A stretch of 64,000 nucleotides of DNA from Patescibacteria group bacterium. Its GTDB lineage: Bacteria > Patescibacteriota > Patescibacteriia > Magasanikbacterales > JBBTQS01. Shown in pieces: positions 1 to 9,975 of this stretch (the first letter of the stretch is position 1; the number at the start of each line of letters is the position of its first letter). The notes under the pieces were generated by a model. The model had not been told where the DNA came from. It saw only the letters and a program-made list of their open reading frames with translations, and did not search any database. Where the stretch lies: assembly GCA_038065555.1 (NCBI GenBank), contig JBBTQS010000004.1, positions 65 through 64,064 on the forward strand, written 5' to 3'. Position numbers and translations under genes: made by a program.

Positions 1-300
1 ACCCCCTACTCGTCATAGCCTTGGTGAGCCATTACCTCACCAACTAGCTGATAAGCCATAGGCCCCTCGCACACCGAAATTCTTTACATGAGAAAGTCAT
101 GCGACCCCTCATGTCCATCGTGTATTAGCGTCTCTTTCGAAACGTTATCCACGAGTGTGCGGTAGGTTACCAATGTGTTACGCACCCGTTTGCCACTAGA
201 CGTTCCCTTGATGTAATCGCAGAAACATCTCGTTCGACTTGCATGCCTCAGCCACGCCGCCATCGTTCGTCCTGAGCTAGGATCAAACTCTCAAATTTGA
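1..300 (-). rRNA. rrs: 16S ribosomal RNA, 5' portion (gene continues past the window start)
   Basis: Reverse complement of ~281-300 reads AGAGTTTGATCCTAGCTCAGGACGAACGATGGCGGCGTGGCTGAGGCATGCAAGTCGAACG, the canonical 16S 5' end. Downstream matches conserved 16S helices. Confidence 0.9.
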
Positions 301-354
301 GAGAATAGATTCTTTCTTGTTTTGATGGTATTTGATTCTCTGTCTGCGACAGGT

Positions 355-480
355 GTCACAGAATTTGTCAACGGACTGGGGGAAGTGTACAAGGACAGCC
401 CTACCCTGTCAAGAGCATGTTCAAACGTACTGTGTATAAGTGACCAAAACCCTGTCAACATTGGATTTTTGTCACGTACA
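355..480 (-). promoter_or_regulatory. putative tandem rRNA promoter/leader region
   Basis: Three TTGACA -35-like boxes on the minus strand upstream of the 16S 5' end (plus-strand tgtcaa at ~365, ~405, ~455). One has a 17-nt spacer to TACACT. Inferred only. Confidence 0.3.
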
Positions 481-503
481 GCGGGGCAAAATTAGCCACG
501 TTC

Positions 504-1034
504 TCACTCCGAATACTTCACGGCTTTGAGCGCGCTGAGGCAGGACTTGGGGATATCGGTCGGTGTGCGCTCTGGCGTGTGCTGAACAACGAGCATTTCA
601 CTGTCAAGAACCAGCTTGACTGCAGTGCGATCGGATGATGCGCCTCGCTGGCTGGATTCCCAAGCAGATTTGCTCATCACATAGTAGCGCACCCAGCTCC
701 CAACCCAGAGATCGGAGCCTGGGACGATGACGTCCAGGCGCATCTGCACCGGTGCCACCTCGTCTCCCACAGTCACGGCAAATACATCTCTGCATTCCTG
801 TGTTGTTACGATTGCAAAGGGATAGGTCGGATCATGGAACAGCACCTCCCCATACACAGGCGCCACAGGAAAGGCAGGATCGCCTTGGACTTCTTCGATG
901 GGAGCCACGACCTCGACTTGTGGCTGGGGTGCAGCAGTGTGCTCATCGCGTTGTTCCAATAATACGTAGGTGATACCCGATCCTGCAGCAAGAATGATGA
1001 TGAACAGGAGCTCAGCGAGCAGTCTCTTTGACAT
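504..1034 (-). CDS. hypothetical membrane-anchored protein (N-terminal TM helix)
   Basis: 176-aa ORF. Start ATG lies 2 nt after the trmD stop (translational coupling). Hydrophobic N-terminus LLAELLFIIILAAG. No recognisable domain; sits where rplS normally is but is not rplS. Confidence 0.55.
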   Translation of the reverse strand: MSKRLLAELLFIIILAAGSGITYVLLEQRDEHTAAPQPQVEVVAPIEEVQGDPAFPVAPVYGEVLFHDPTYPFAIVTTQECRDVFAVTVGDEVAPVQMRLDVIVPGSDLWVGSWVRYYVMSKSAWESSQRGASSDRTAVKLVLDSEMLVVQHTPERTPTDIPKSCLSALKAVKYSE

Positions 1035-1036
1035 AG

Positions 1037-1729
1037 TTATTTCTTGCGTGATTCAGATCGCCACTTGGCAATCGCTGCATGGTTGCCAGAGAGGAGAATC
1101 GCTGGCACTTCCCACGAACCGAACTTCTCTGGACGCGTGTATTGTGGATATTCAGCACCTTGGTCATCATCCCCTTTGCCAAATGTCTCCTGATCAAGCG
1201 ATTCCTGGTTGCCCAGCACCCCAGGAACAAGACGACTCACAGCCTCGATCATGGTGAGCGCTGGGAGCTCGCCGCCAGCGAGGACGAAGTCTCCGATCGA
1301 AACCTCTTCGTCCACGCAGAATTCTGCGACGCGGTGGTCCACGCCTTCGTAGCGACCGCAAACAAAGACAATCCGATCGTACTTCTCTACCCACTCCTCT
1401 GCTACACGCTGAGTGAAAGTGCGACCGCGTGGAGACATGAGGACGGTGTGGGTGCGCTCATCGTGCGTGCCTTCTGCTGCATTGGCCTTGGGAGAGAGCG
1501 CATTGTGCGCAGCAAGCGCGCGATGCCACGGCTCCACACGCATAACCATGCCTGGGCCGCCGCCATAGGGCGAATCATCGACGGTCTGGTGCTTGTCGAT
1601 GGCGTAGTCGCGGAGATTGATCGATTCGATCTTGATCGCGCCTGCTTCTTGGCCGCGGCCGAGAATGCTCTCGTCGGCGTAATTACGGATGAGATCTGGG
1701 AAAATGGTAATGACGGAGAATGTTTTCAT
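1037..1729 (-). CDS. trmD: tRNA (guanine37-N1)-methyltransferase TrmD
   Basis: MKTFSVITIFPDL...SPYGGGPGMVM...VFVCGRYEGVDHRV are diagnostic SPOUT/TrmD motifs. Start chosen at the internal MKTF rather than the ORF-track start. Confidence 0.92.
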   Translation of the reverse strand: MKTFSVITIFPDLIRNYADESILGRGQEAGAIKIESINLRDYAIDKHQTVDDSPYGGGPGMVMRVEPWHRALAAHNALSPKANAAEGTHDERTHTVLMSPRGRTFTQRVAEEWVEKYDRIVFVCGRYEGVDHRVAEFCVDEEVSIGDFVLAGGELPALTMIEAVSRLVPGVLGNQESLDQETFGKGDDDQGAEYPQYTRPEKFGSWEVPAILLSGNHAAIAKWRSESRKK

Positions 1730-1839
1730 ACGTGTGTAGCATACGCTACTAGGTATATTTTGCAAAAAGTAGAAGCCCTCCAACGATGAATCATTGGAGG
1801 GCTTCTGTTAGTTAGAGGCAGTGGATGAAACACCGAACC

Positions 1840-4479
1840 TCATCGGACTGAAGATATCAACTCGTACAGTTCTTGCAGTTGATACCAATGCACTGAACGC
1901 CGTAGCCTTCGCAACGCTCCAGCTTCCATTTGGCGGATTCGTTCTCGAGTGAGATTGAATATGCGTCCAACCTCCTCGAGAGAAAGTGGTTCCTCGCCAC
2001 CCAGCCCGTACCGCAACATGAGGATCTTGGATTGCTTCACAGAGAGAACACTGAAGACCGAACCCAGAAGATCGGAAACGACCTGTGGGAATGTACACTG
2101 AACCATGATCGACTCGGGGTCCTGTTTTAGACCCTCAAGACGTCCACCCAATGCATCCCAGCCGATCTCGACTCCTGCACTCAGTTGCGTCTTATCCCGG
2201 TACATCTCAGTCGTGAGGTGTTCAAGATCTTCCGCACACCATCCCCAGTCTGTCACTCCAGTGACATCCCCATAATTGTGGTTCTTGTAAACTTGGAATG
2301 CCCCCTCAGGAAAGAACCGCGCCATGAAAACGACGTAAGAAATCTTCTCTGCCATTATGCCGCAGTATCGCAGAAGTGTAGCGCCTGTCCCCACGAAGAG
2401 CTCATGTCGGAAGATGACCCACCGAAACTCTTGGTAGAACGGGATTTTGTCCTCGGTAATGTGAGGTGATGAGAGGAGAAGTGTCCGGAGCTGCTCCGTG
2501 TTCTTGGGGTCCAGGGTTGGTCTACCGTAGTACCCTTCGAACACAATCCTCCGCTGTACCGTTACCGACTCGACATTGCCGAACTCCCGATTCTTCGTAG
2601 GCTTTGGCCTTGCTTCGTCGCTCTTCCGCTGTTTTTGCGAACCTATGAGCTCTCCTTGCTCATAGGTCGGCATATTCCAGTCGAAGAGATCAAGCGGAAG
2701 GATAGGCGGCTCCCGCAGCCCCTTCGGAATGATCACGCACACCATCGCCTCCTCCGTACCCCACTTCGTGAGAGGTCGGAAGAACTTCTGAGTAGCGCGC
2801 ACCCACGAACGTACCGGCGCCAGGTCAATGAGCAGTTTGCACCGTGGTGCATTCCACCCCTCGATCAGGACACCGACGTTGATGATCGTGTCAACAACCC
2901 CATCGTCGAACGATCTGAGAATTGTGTCCCGACCTCGGGTTTCGCCGATCACCACCGCCGGCTCAGGTGTTCCAGGAGGACGCCTGAGTTTGAAGTAGTG
3001 AGCGAGATCGCCCGCTTGCTGACGCGTAACACAGCATAACAAGGCACTCTTCTTTCGATTCTCATCCGAGTAGCGACATTGAAGTGCTGCTTCCAGGAAT
3101 GGAACGTCAGACATGATCTTTCCAAGCTCATCCTCATCGTAGCCTTCTTCCCCGATTACTCGAACTGTGGAGGCGTTTCGATCCACCTCCGCAACCCAGA
3201 GTCGCATAGGTGCGACCATTTCGAGTTCGAGAGCTTCCGTAATCGTGATCTCATGGATGAGTCTCTTAAAGTATCGAGCCAACCGTCTTTCGTAGCTGTA
3301 ATTCGGCGTTGCAGTGAAGGCTACTCGAATAGCGAGAATGTGGAAGCCTTGCTTGATCACCTTCTGTCGCGCCACAGTCATACTGGCATGCGCCTCATCG
3401 AAGCAGACCAGCGATGAGCAGGCGAGCTCTGGCGGAAGACAGCCATGCTCGGCAAAAAGATTCTGGAGACTCTGGTAGGTGATGACGTTGATGCCCCACC
3501 AAACCAAACTCTTCTCTGAGTCATAGTAGGCGCCGATAGGAACATTCGGAAGCTGCGCACGCAACTCTCGTACCGTTTGTACCACCAACGCCCGCCGAGG
3601 AACGACGACTGTAGTCATCATCCCCGAACCCATCGCGATCTGCCCCATGAGAACCGTCTTACCGGTTCGAGGTGGCAGGATGATGCGCGCAGTAGGTGTG
3701 TCTGCCTCGTACAACTCCGGATTAGTCGCGACCTCTCTGAGGTACTCAGCAAAGTCGAGGTAAACCCCTATCTGCCGCTCGTAGAGTACACGACTAGACC
3801 CAGGTACCCCCCCACCCTCGAGCATGCCGATCCGATGCGCGGCGCGCATCAACCGGTCAGTCATGGAGAGAGAGGATTGTTCGAATTCCAGGAAGTGTGT
3901 GACTTCACCTTTGTCTTCCAGGACTCCGTCCTCTTCGAGTGTTCTCGGCTTCATCGACGAATAAACCGGCGCTCCGAAGAGCTTTCGGATATTGGCGTCA
4001 TTTCCCGAGTTATGACTCGTCGTGAAGGCGAGTCGAACGGCTCGGAAGTAGTCGATGGCATGTCGGTACTTGAGAACGTTCACTTCCTGCACATCATCAA
4101 TGATGAGGAGAGCGAACGCATCGGGGTTGAATCCGAACATCGTGTGGAGCGACTCCATAGTGGTTAGAAGGATGTCGCAGGAATACACTTCCGGCGCTTC
4201 ACCCTTCCCCACGAAGACGCTGACACCCAGATCACCCACGGACTCGAGCAGTTCCTCGCGGAGTTGATCTAGTGGCGCTTCAGACTCAAAGAGCAAACAC
4301 ACTCGACCTCGTGCAGCTTCGATCCAAAGCCTCAATACGAGACCGTAGACGTAAGTCCTGTCGAGATCGCTGTTGAGGCACAGAGCCTTTTCACGACCCT
4401 CAGCGAAATGAGTCAGAACTGCCTCAGCACACGCCTCCTCCATATCGAATACCATCATTGCATTCTGCTGCATCATCAT
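1840..4479 (-). CDS. SF2 DEAH-box helicase fused to a C-terminal sigma-70 region 4 (HTH) domain
   Basis: Walker A PPRTGKTV, motif II CFDEAH, motif III FTATP, helicase-C block. Extreme C-terminus LMLRYGLGGEEPLSLEEVGRIFNLTRERIRQMEAGALRRLRR matches the sigma-70 r4.2 consensus. GGAGA sits 8 nt before the ATG at 4479. Confidence 0.75.
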   Translation of the reverse strand: MMMQQNAMMVFDMEEACAEAVLTHFAEGREKALCLNSDLDRTYVYGLVLRLWIEAARGRVCLLFESEAPLDQLREELLESVGDLGVSVFVGKGEAPEVYSCDILLTTMESLHTMFGFNPDAFALLIIDDVQEVNVLKYRHAIDYFRAVRLAFTTSHNSGNDANIRKLFGAPVYSSMKPRTLEEDGVLEDKGEVTHFLEFEQSSLSMTDRLMRAAHRIGMLEGGGVPGSSRVLYERQIGVYLDFAEYLREVATNPELYEADTPTARIILPPRTGKTVLMGQIAMGSGMMTTVVVPRRALVVQTVRELRAQLPNVPIGAYYDSEKSLVWWGINVITYQSLQNLFAEHGCLPPELACSSLVCFDEAHASMTVARQKVIKQGFHILAIRVAFTATPNYSYERRLARYFKRLIHEITITEALELEMVAPMRLWVAEVDRNASTVRVIGEEGYDEDELGKIMSDVPFLEAALQCRYSDENRKKSALLCCVTRQQAGDLAHYFKLRRPPGTPEPAVVIGETRGRDTILRSFDDGVVDTIINVGVLIEGWNAPRCKLLIDLAPVRSWVRATQKFFRPLTKWGTEEAMVCVIIPKGLREPPILPLDLFDWNMPTYEQGELIGSQKQRKSDEARPKPTKNREFGNVESVTVQRRIVFEGYYGRPTLDPKNTEQLRTLLLSSPHITEDKIPFYQEFRWVIFRHELFVGTGATLLRYCGIMAEKISYVVFMARFFPEGAFQVYKNHNYGDVTGVTDWGWCAEDLEHLTTEMYRDKTQLSAGVEIGWDALGGRLEGLKQDPESIMVQCTFPQVVSDLLGSVFSVLSVKQSKILMLRYGLGGEEPLSLEEVGRIFNLTRERIRQMEAGALRRLRRSVHWYQLQELYELISSVR

Positions 4480-4652
4480 GATCTTTATCTCCAAGGTTTG
4501 ATCGGAATGAAAAGAGCGGTGCTGGAGAAATCCGAGCACAGTCTTGAAGATAACAAGGCATACTACTAAGGATTTACCAAGTTGTCAATATAGCAAAAGC
4601 CCCAACCACGCGTCGCGCAGTTAGGGCCTCATTGTCTCTGTTGTCACACACG

Positions 4653-5261
4653 TCACCACACCATTTGCTTGCGCAGTTGCCTGATCCTGATGGCGAACGC
4701 CACAAACCCAATGGACAGGATCTGGTGCGCCACGAGCCATGGTGAATGCTGCTCGTACATGAGCCATGCGCAACTCACATGCATGAACACAAGCCACCAG
4801 TATCCACTGATTCGCTGGTGCGCGAGTTGGTAGGTCCCCGCAAGGAACCCAACCACCAATCCGATTTCCAGCCACTGCGTGAACTGTTCCATCACACCAA
4901 GATCACGAAAGCTCAGCGCGATTCCCAAGACAATACAGATGTTGGCGATATGATCGATGAGTCGCGGTGTTGCAACGCGAGTCCCAATCTGCCGCGCAGC
5001 GCGCAGCCCGATCACCATCGATGGCAGAGCGCTGAGCTCAAGGAGCGCAGCAATCCAGTTGCGCCATGAAGCGAATACCACCACCCATGGCAACAAACCA
5101 GCAATGTACGTCCACCAACCCAGCACCAGAGCGCGCGACGCTTCTTGTTGTCGTCGCCGCAACACGAGCCATTCATATCGCGCGAAGAACATCTTGTTGA
5201 GCAGATAGAGTACCCCTCCGATGATCTGCAAAACAAGCGAGACGGTTTCGTTGAGATCCAT
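4653..5261 (-). CDS. polytopic integral membrane protein (possibly PnuC-like transporter; tentative)
   Basis: About six hydrophobic segments rich in Trp. Start at MDLNE, preceded by GGAGGTG with 5-nt spacing. Confidence 0.6.
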   Translation of the reverse strand: MDLNETVSLVLQIIGGVLYLLNKMFFARYEWLVLRRRQQEASRALVLGWWTYIAGLLPWVVVFASWRNWIAALLELSALPSMVIGLRAARQIGTRVATPRLIDHIANICIVLGIALSFRDLGVMEQFTQWLEIGLVVGFLAGTYQLAHQRISGYWWLVFMHVSCAWLMYEQHSPWLVAHQILSIGFVAFAIRIRQLRKQMVW

Positions 5262-5345
5262 GACCACCTCCACAAAATAGAAACCCCCCGACACGCGTTG
5301 CGCATCGAGGGGTACAGAGCCACTGCGCTGTCTTGCGGCGAACGA

Positions 5346-5564
5346 TCAGAAGTCTCTGACCAAATCCGCCCGCACAACCCGCATGACGATGTTGCTGTCG
5401 TGATTGCGCAGTGGGATGAGGTCATAGCTGACCATCGTCCCCGAGGCGCAGTCACGTGCAAAAGGCTCCTGCGACAGTTCGTGTGCCAGTCTGGCAGCAC
5501 GATCTGTCGATTCGTTGTCACGCGCGATCTGCTGCGTGATCACACTCTCGACCTGTTGATCCAT
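5346..5564 (-). CDS. hypothetical small acidic protein
   Basis: 72-aa ORF from MDQQVESV with balanced composition. Overlapping plus-strand ORF looks like antisense junk. Weak. Confidence 0.3.
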   Translation of the reverse strand: MDQQVESVITQQIARDNESTDRAARLAHELSQEPFARDCASGTMVSYDLIPLRNHDSNIVMRVVRADLVRDF

Positions 5565-6008
5565 GGACACCCCCAATTGTCGACGTTCGCCCAACTTCTC
5601 ACGCACAATACGCGAGTCGATGGACGCTGCATCCTACCGTTTGTACCGCCACTTGTCAACTACTCTCCAATGAACAAACCCTCTGCCTGTGAAGACAAAG
5701 GGTTTGCGGTTCGCGAGCAGCGTTCGCTGCTCGGGGTGCTACTTGAGGCCGTTCCCCGCCGGCTGCGGAAGGATCGCAGACATCACCGTGTGCTGCGCCT
5801 GCACCTGTGGCTGCGACGACGGACGTGGCATGGCTAGGCGTTGAAGCCGACTCAGCGGCGCCGTCTCGGGGCACCACACTCCGGGAGGAAGATTCGACGT
5901 GCGATACGTCGAACGGACTATCTGATTCGAAGACACGGTTTTGGTTGATCCTTGCCAGTGTTGATCACCTACCATCACAGACCTTCTGTGAGAAGTGACT
6001 CAGGCAGT

Positions 6009-7415
6009 CTATGCTGGTTGCGCATTTTTGTCAACCGCGCTGTAGACAAATAATATTCCAAGAATCGCAATACCCACAGGATGATTCAAAAAAGGCGAAA
6101 CGAGATGTACAACCACAAGTGCAATCACACTACACACAACCCACGGCTGTGCACCGCGAAATATGAACACGAGGAATCCAACGAAAACCAACACACCGAC
6201 CATCCCGACTTCCATCCACATATCCAACCACCCGAGTTCGAGTGCTGCAGTCGTAAACTGTCCTTGCTCACGCAAGTCCGTACTCTCGTACGTGATCGCC
6301 GTGCCAAATCCAGACCCAAGAATTGGAGCTGACTTGATCTGCGTCCACATTGGTCCTGCTTGCGCCACACGATTTTGCACACCAGGCTCACCTGTAGTGA
6401 AGATTTCTTTTTGAATCGAAGGTGTGCCGCTGTGCAACCACGCAAGCGTCGTGCCCACTCCCATGATAAGCAGCGTGCTCGCGATGACCAGACCAACGAC
6501 AATCATTTTTGTCTTCACAACGACACCGAACTGTTTGCGCACGTACCACAATGCCATGCAACCAAGACCAGCAATCGCACCCAACCAAAAACTTCTAAAT
6601 AATGTAAGCACCACAGTGCTCACAACAATCAGTAGAGCAACGACCGTCCATTTCTGCACTGCGCGCTCACGCACCTGCACTATCAACTGCGCCACCAAAT
6701 ACACCAGGACTGGCAGAAGTATGAGCTGCGGCCACTCGTAGATGCGCCACATCCCGTAGGATGCTGGAGCGATTTGCCCGCCACTGGTCTGTCTCACAAA
6801 ATGATACAAATATGTTGCAACGGCACTCCCCGCTCCTGCAGTGAGCACAAAAATCAACCACGCTTTGGCACACAAGAACACGACACCCGCGCGTACAAGC
6901 GACGACACTTGTGAGAACCACTGCGCACGATGCGCGCGAGTAGCAAGATCGAACACAGGCAATACTGCCGCGAAGTACAGCCAGTTATTTCCGTCAGCAA
7001 GCACACGAGCTATGGGCAGATGCTCAATCCACGCACCATTCACCAATCCCCACATGATTACAGCAAGCATGGCAAGTATTGCGCGCACAGTGCGCTCTCG
7101 CATCAGCGCTGCAACACGTCGCTTGCGCACCACATCAATGATCCACGCCAGCATCACCACACCGAAGAGTCCCATGCGCAACGAAATCACCGCACCACCT
7201 GCATGTAATTCCAGGAGATGCCCATTACCACTCGTGAAGATCTCAGCAATCAGTGCAAGCACTCCATACTCCAACCGACGCAATGCAAGCACAAAGACAG
7301 CAACAACAAGCAGACCACACAAGACAGTCTCCACCTGCGCCGTACGGAAGACGACGAGACTCACGAGCGTGATCGCACTCAACCCAAGCAACCAATTTCG
7401 AAATGTATTGTCCAT
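6009..7415 (-). CDS. O-antigen ligase / Wzy-like polytopic membrane protein
   Basis: 468 aa with more than 10 TM segments and a large loop near the C-terminal third, typical of the Wzy_C/O-antigen ligase family. Confidence 0.6.
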   Translation of the reverse strand: MDNTFRNWLLGLSAITLVSLVVFRTAQVETVLCGLLVVAVFVLALRRLEYGVLALIAEIFTSGNGHLLELHAGGAVISLRMGLFGVVMLAWIIDVVRKRRVAALMRERTVRAILAMLAVIMWGLVNGAWIEHLPIARVLADGNNWLYFAAVLPVFDLATRAHRAQWFSQVSSLVRAGVVFLCAKAWLIFVLTAGAGSAVATYLYHFVRQTSGGQIAPASYGMWRIYEWPQLILLPVLVYLVAQLIVQVRERAVQKWTVVALLIVVSTVVLTLFRSFWLGAIAGLGCMALWYVRKQFGVVVKTKMIVVGLVIASTLLIMGVGTTLAWLHSGTPSIQKEIFTTGEPGVQNRVAQAGPMWTQIKSAPILGSGFGTAITYESTDLREQGQFTTAALELGWLDMWMEVGMVGVLVFVGFLVFIFRGAQPWVVCSVIALVVVHLVSPFLNHPVGIAILGILFVYSAVDKNAQPA

Positions 7416-7472
7416 AACAACAAATGCGCTCGCGGCAAGTATACCGTGAGCGCATTTATATTCGCAACAGAA

Positions 7473-7820
7473 CTAGATAGTGAAATCGTCGATTGCTGAG
7501 GTGTCTACTTCTTCAGGCAATGCGCTAGGCGTCATCTGCTGATCCTGATCGTCAGATTGCTGACGAGGACCACGCGAGCCTTCTGGTTCGTAGATGCGAA
7601 CGTTCACGCGCGCATTGTTCTTCGCACCAACGGTGCGGACAAGGCGGCGGATCGCTTCCGCAGTCTGACCTGAGCGACCGATAACGTACCCCATGTCCGA
7701 AGGGTTCACGTACAGAGTGAGCAACACACCGCGTTCATCGACTTTGCGTTCTACACGAACGTCTGCCGGATTGTTCACGAGTGCTTTGACCAGGTCCTCG
7801 AGGAACTTCTGATCTTCCAT
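7473..7820 (-). CDS. khpA: KH-domain RNA-binding protein (KhpA/YlqC-like) with acidic C-terminal tail
   Basis: MEDQKFLEDLVKALVNNPADVRVE...MGYVIGRSGQTAEAIRRLV is the KhpA KH fold with its GxxG loop. The upstream part of the ORF-track call overlaps a promoter and is excluded. Confidence 0.8.
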   Translation of the reverse strand: MEDQKFLEDLVKALVNNPADVRVERKVDERGVLLTLYVNPSDMGYVIGRSGQTAEAIRRLVRTVGAKNNARVNVRIYEPEGSRGPRQQSDDQDQQMTPSALPEEVDTSAIDDFTI

Positions 7821-7911
7821 AGTGCTTGTTCTACTATTTCGAGAGTGCTTGCCGCGGCTGGCGACCCTTTCAGACCGTGCTGTCTGACACAGCTGCTGGC
7901 AGGCTGTTGCG

Positions 7912-7941
7912 AGTATACCATAGAGGTTTTTTTGCTCGCAA
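7912..7941 (-). promoter_or_regulatory. putative sigma-70 promoter of khpA (TTGCGA ... TGgTATACT extended -10)
   Basis: Minus strand reads ttgcgagcaaaaaaacctctatggtatact about 80 nt upstream of the khpA start. Confidence 0.3.
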
Positions 7942-8104
7942 CAGACGCACAAACACAAACGCTTCGCACAGACGAACGCCCCAAACCCTTTGGGAGCTTC
8001 GTTCGCAAGTCCTCCCCGTAAACTGAGGTCCGGGCTTACTCACGAACTCCCAAAGGGTTTGGGGCTCTCGGTTATACGACGCGTGTACGTGTGCATCGGT
8101 TGCG

Positions 8105-8153
8105 CGTAAAAAAGATGAACCGCTCAGGAAGACGTGTGTCTTCTGAGCGGTTC
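8105..8153 (-). terminator. rho-independent terminator after the lipoprotein gene
   Basis: 16-bp near-perfect stem gaaccgctcaggaagac/gtcttctgagcggttc, followed on the minus strand by a T run. Confidence 0.6.
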
Positions 8154-8217
8154 GGGGATCACGCGGGGTGGGCGCATGGGAGGGATGCGGGGCGCGTGAT
8201 TTTGGAGTCGTGGGTTG

Positions 8218-8835
8218 TCAGGGAATGAGCGTGGGGCTGTCGGCGGTACGTCGGCCGACGAGGACTGGTGTGAAGTTGTCGAACAACTCGTTCTCTGTCA
8301 GCACCATCGAGATGCCGTAGAGACGACCGGCGTACGGCTTGATCTCGACACAGGGTGCGTGCTGACGACCATGCACATCAGTGACAGGAGTTGAAGCGCT
8401 TGTCCAGGCGCAGTACTCGACGCGTGTGATGCCGAACTCCTCCTTTGTGAGATCGAGTTGCACACGTTTGATAGGCGCTGCGTACTCAGACTCCGAGATG
8501 AGCAGCGTGCAGTACTTCTGCGCCTTGGTTACCGCAGTGAAGACCGCCTTCCTTTTCTCCTTCTCATCTGACCACTGAATGGTCACCCTACCGTAGACCG
8601 GAATAGGCAATTCGATCGCATCGTGGACGAGCGCGTCCGACGTTGCGACACACAGCAATGCCTGAAACTCGTGTGACCTTGGTTGGGCGACCTTCTTTGC
8701 CAGCTCCTCGGCCGGTGTCAAAGGGTACTCATCACGGCAGCCCGCGCTAATCGCGAGGATGACGAACGTGATGAGAAGAGCGAAGACGAACGCACCAAAT
8801 CGGTAGTGCGTCTTCATGCTTTTATCGAGTGCCAT
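8218..8835 (-). CDS. secreted/lipoprotein-like hypothetical protein
   Basis: Start MALDK with GAGGA 7 nt upstream. Signal peptide ending ...LAISAGC (lipobox-like). The ORF-track start at 8982 lies inside the predicted promoter. Confidence 0.6.
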   Translation of the reverse strand: MALDKSMKTHYRFGAFVFALLITFVILAISAGCRDEYPLTPAEELAKKVAQPRSHEFQALLCVATSDALVHDAIELPIPVYGRVTIQWSDEKEKRKAVFTAVTKAQKYCTLLISESEYAAPIKRVQLDLTKEEFGITRVEYCAWTSASTPVTDVHGRQHAPCVEIKPYAGRLYGISMVLTENELFDNFTPVLVGRRTADSPTLIP

Positions 8836-8976
8836 GAAAAGATCCTCATGCGCGCTAGTAACCGAGCGCGAACGGTGTAGGACTTCGGCTTGTGGCCGTG
8901 TCTTCAGCAAGTGCTCGAATTTCGAGCGTTTGCTGCAAATACGGAGACGCATCACCATAGCATAGAATTTCGATTT

Positions 8977-9023
8977 TGTCAAGACAAAACGAAACCACCC
9001 AGCGTGTGAGGCCAGGTGGTGCG
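8977..9023 (-). repeat. intergenic cassette copy A: terminator-like hairpin + T tract + TTGACA-17-TATGGT promoter
   Basis: ~47 bp near-identical to 10747-10794. On the minus strand it reads hairpin ccacc...ggtgg, then tttcgtttt, then TTGACA; -10 at 8954-8959. Confidence 0.7.
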
Positions 9024-9044
9024 TTGTGTTGGTCGGATGTCACT

Positions 9045-9932
9045 CTAGAATAATACCTCCACGAACTCATCCGGAACGAACATGCAGATGAGGATGACAA
9101 CCCCCATTATGACAATGAAGCCGATGATCTGACCGATGTTCCCCATGAAGGCTTGCCAACGTGTCGGCGGCATCTTGATCGTCGCAGATGCTGGTGCAGG
9201 TCGAGCAGTCATGTAGGCTGGTCGCGCTGACTCACCTTCAGCGAGATCGCGTTGCATCGACTCGATGATTTCGAACTCCTTGAGGGTGATTCCGAATCGT
9301 TTTTCCAAGACCTGTTCGATGCGATCTTTCATATCGGCAACGACATCAGCATTCTCCGCGAGTTCAAGCGGCGAATCTCTCGAGAAAAACGAACGTATGA
9401 ATCCTCCGCCTTGCTCCTTCGACGCCTTCACGAATGCGTTGTTGACCAATCCCGGTAGAATTCCTTGCTCAAACGGTTGATCATTGCAATCATCAACCAG
9501 CCTTTGCAACTTGGATTCATCGAGATCGTACACTAATTTCACCTTGAGGAAGACAGGTTGCGGCGTCAGCGACTCTGCAAAATCCCCTAGTGGCGTATTC
9601 CTTGTCCAGCGATTTTGTTTGAGCGTGTGACCGAGTGTGGCGAGCTTGCCTTGCTCGATACGAACCACGAACGAACTCGAGATCTCGCCCATCGGCACGA
9701 CGTAGTCTGCGTCGTAGGAGTACCCAGCAAGTGGATGTTCACCAGGCGGCAAGATACGCGCCCTGTTGCCTTCGCCACCGTAGAGCACGATGCGCTCGTT
9801 GGGACCGACCTGACAGCTCGTTGTCTCGACTTGCTCCCACGTCATGTAGAGCGCGATGCCGAGAATCACCGCAACGAAGAGACACACGGAGACCTTCACT
9901 ACCTGTATCTGTTTTCTTGAAGCACTGCTCAC
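9045..9932 (-). CDS. membrane protein with N- and C-terminal TM helices (SPFH/band-7-like, tentative)
   Basis: 295 aa, GTG start with GGAGGGG 6 nt upstream. TM helices at both ends flank a soluble domain. Confidence 0.6.
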   Translation of the reverse strand: MSSASRKQIQVVKVSVCLFVAVILGIALYMTWEQVETTSCQVGPNERIVLYGGEGNRARILPPGEHPLAGYSYDADYVVPMGEISSSFVVRIEQGKLATLGHTLKQNRWTRNTPLGDFAESLTPQPVFLKVKLVYDLDESKLQRLVDDCNDQPFEQGILPGLVNNAFVKASKEQGGGFIRSFFSRDSPLELAENADVVADMKDRIEQVLEKRFGITLKEFEIIESMQRDLAEGESARPAYMTARPAPASATIKMPPTRWQAFMGNIGQIIGFIVIMGVVILICMFVPDEFVEVLF

Positions 9933-9975
9933 GGATCCCCTCCATTGGTGGTTTTGTTGTTCTCACCTGTGCGTC

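Noticed and set aside
5145-5837. 230-aa plus-strand ORF
   Set aside because: Overlaps the membrane-protein gene 4653-5261 and the small minus ORF. His/Arg/Pro-rich; looks antisense-derived.
7821-7958. Upstream extension of the KH-protein ORF (MCLCVCCEQ...)
   Set aside because: Overlaps a predicted extended -10 promoter. KhpA homology begins at MEDQ.
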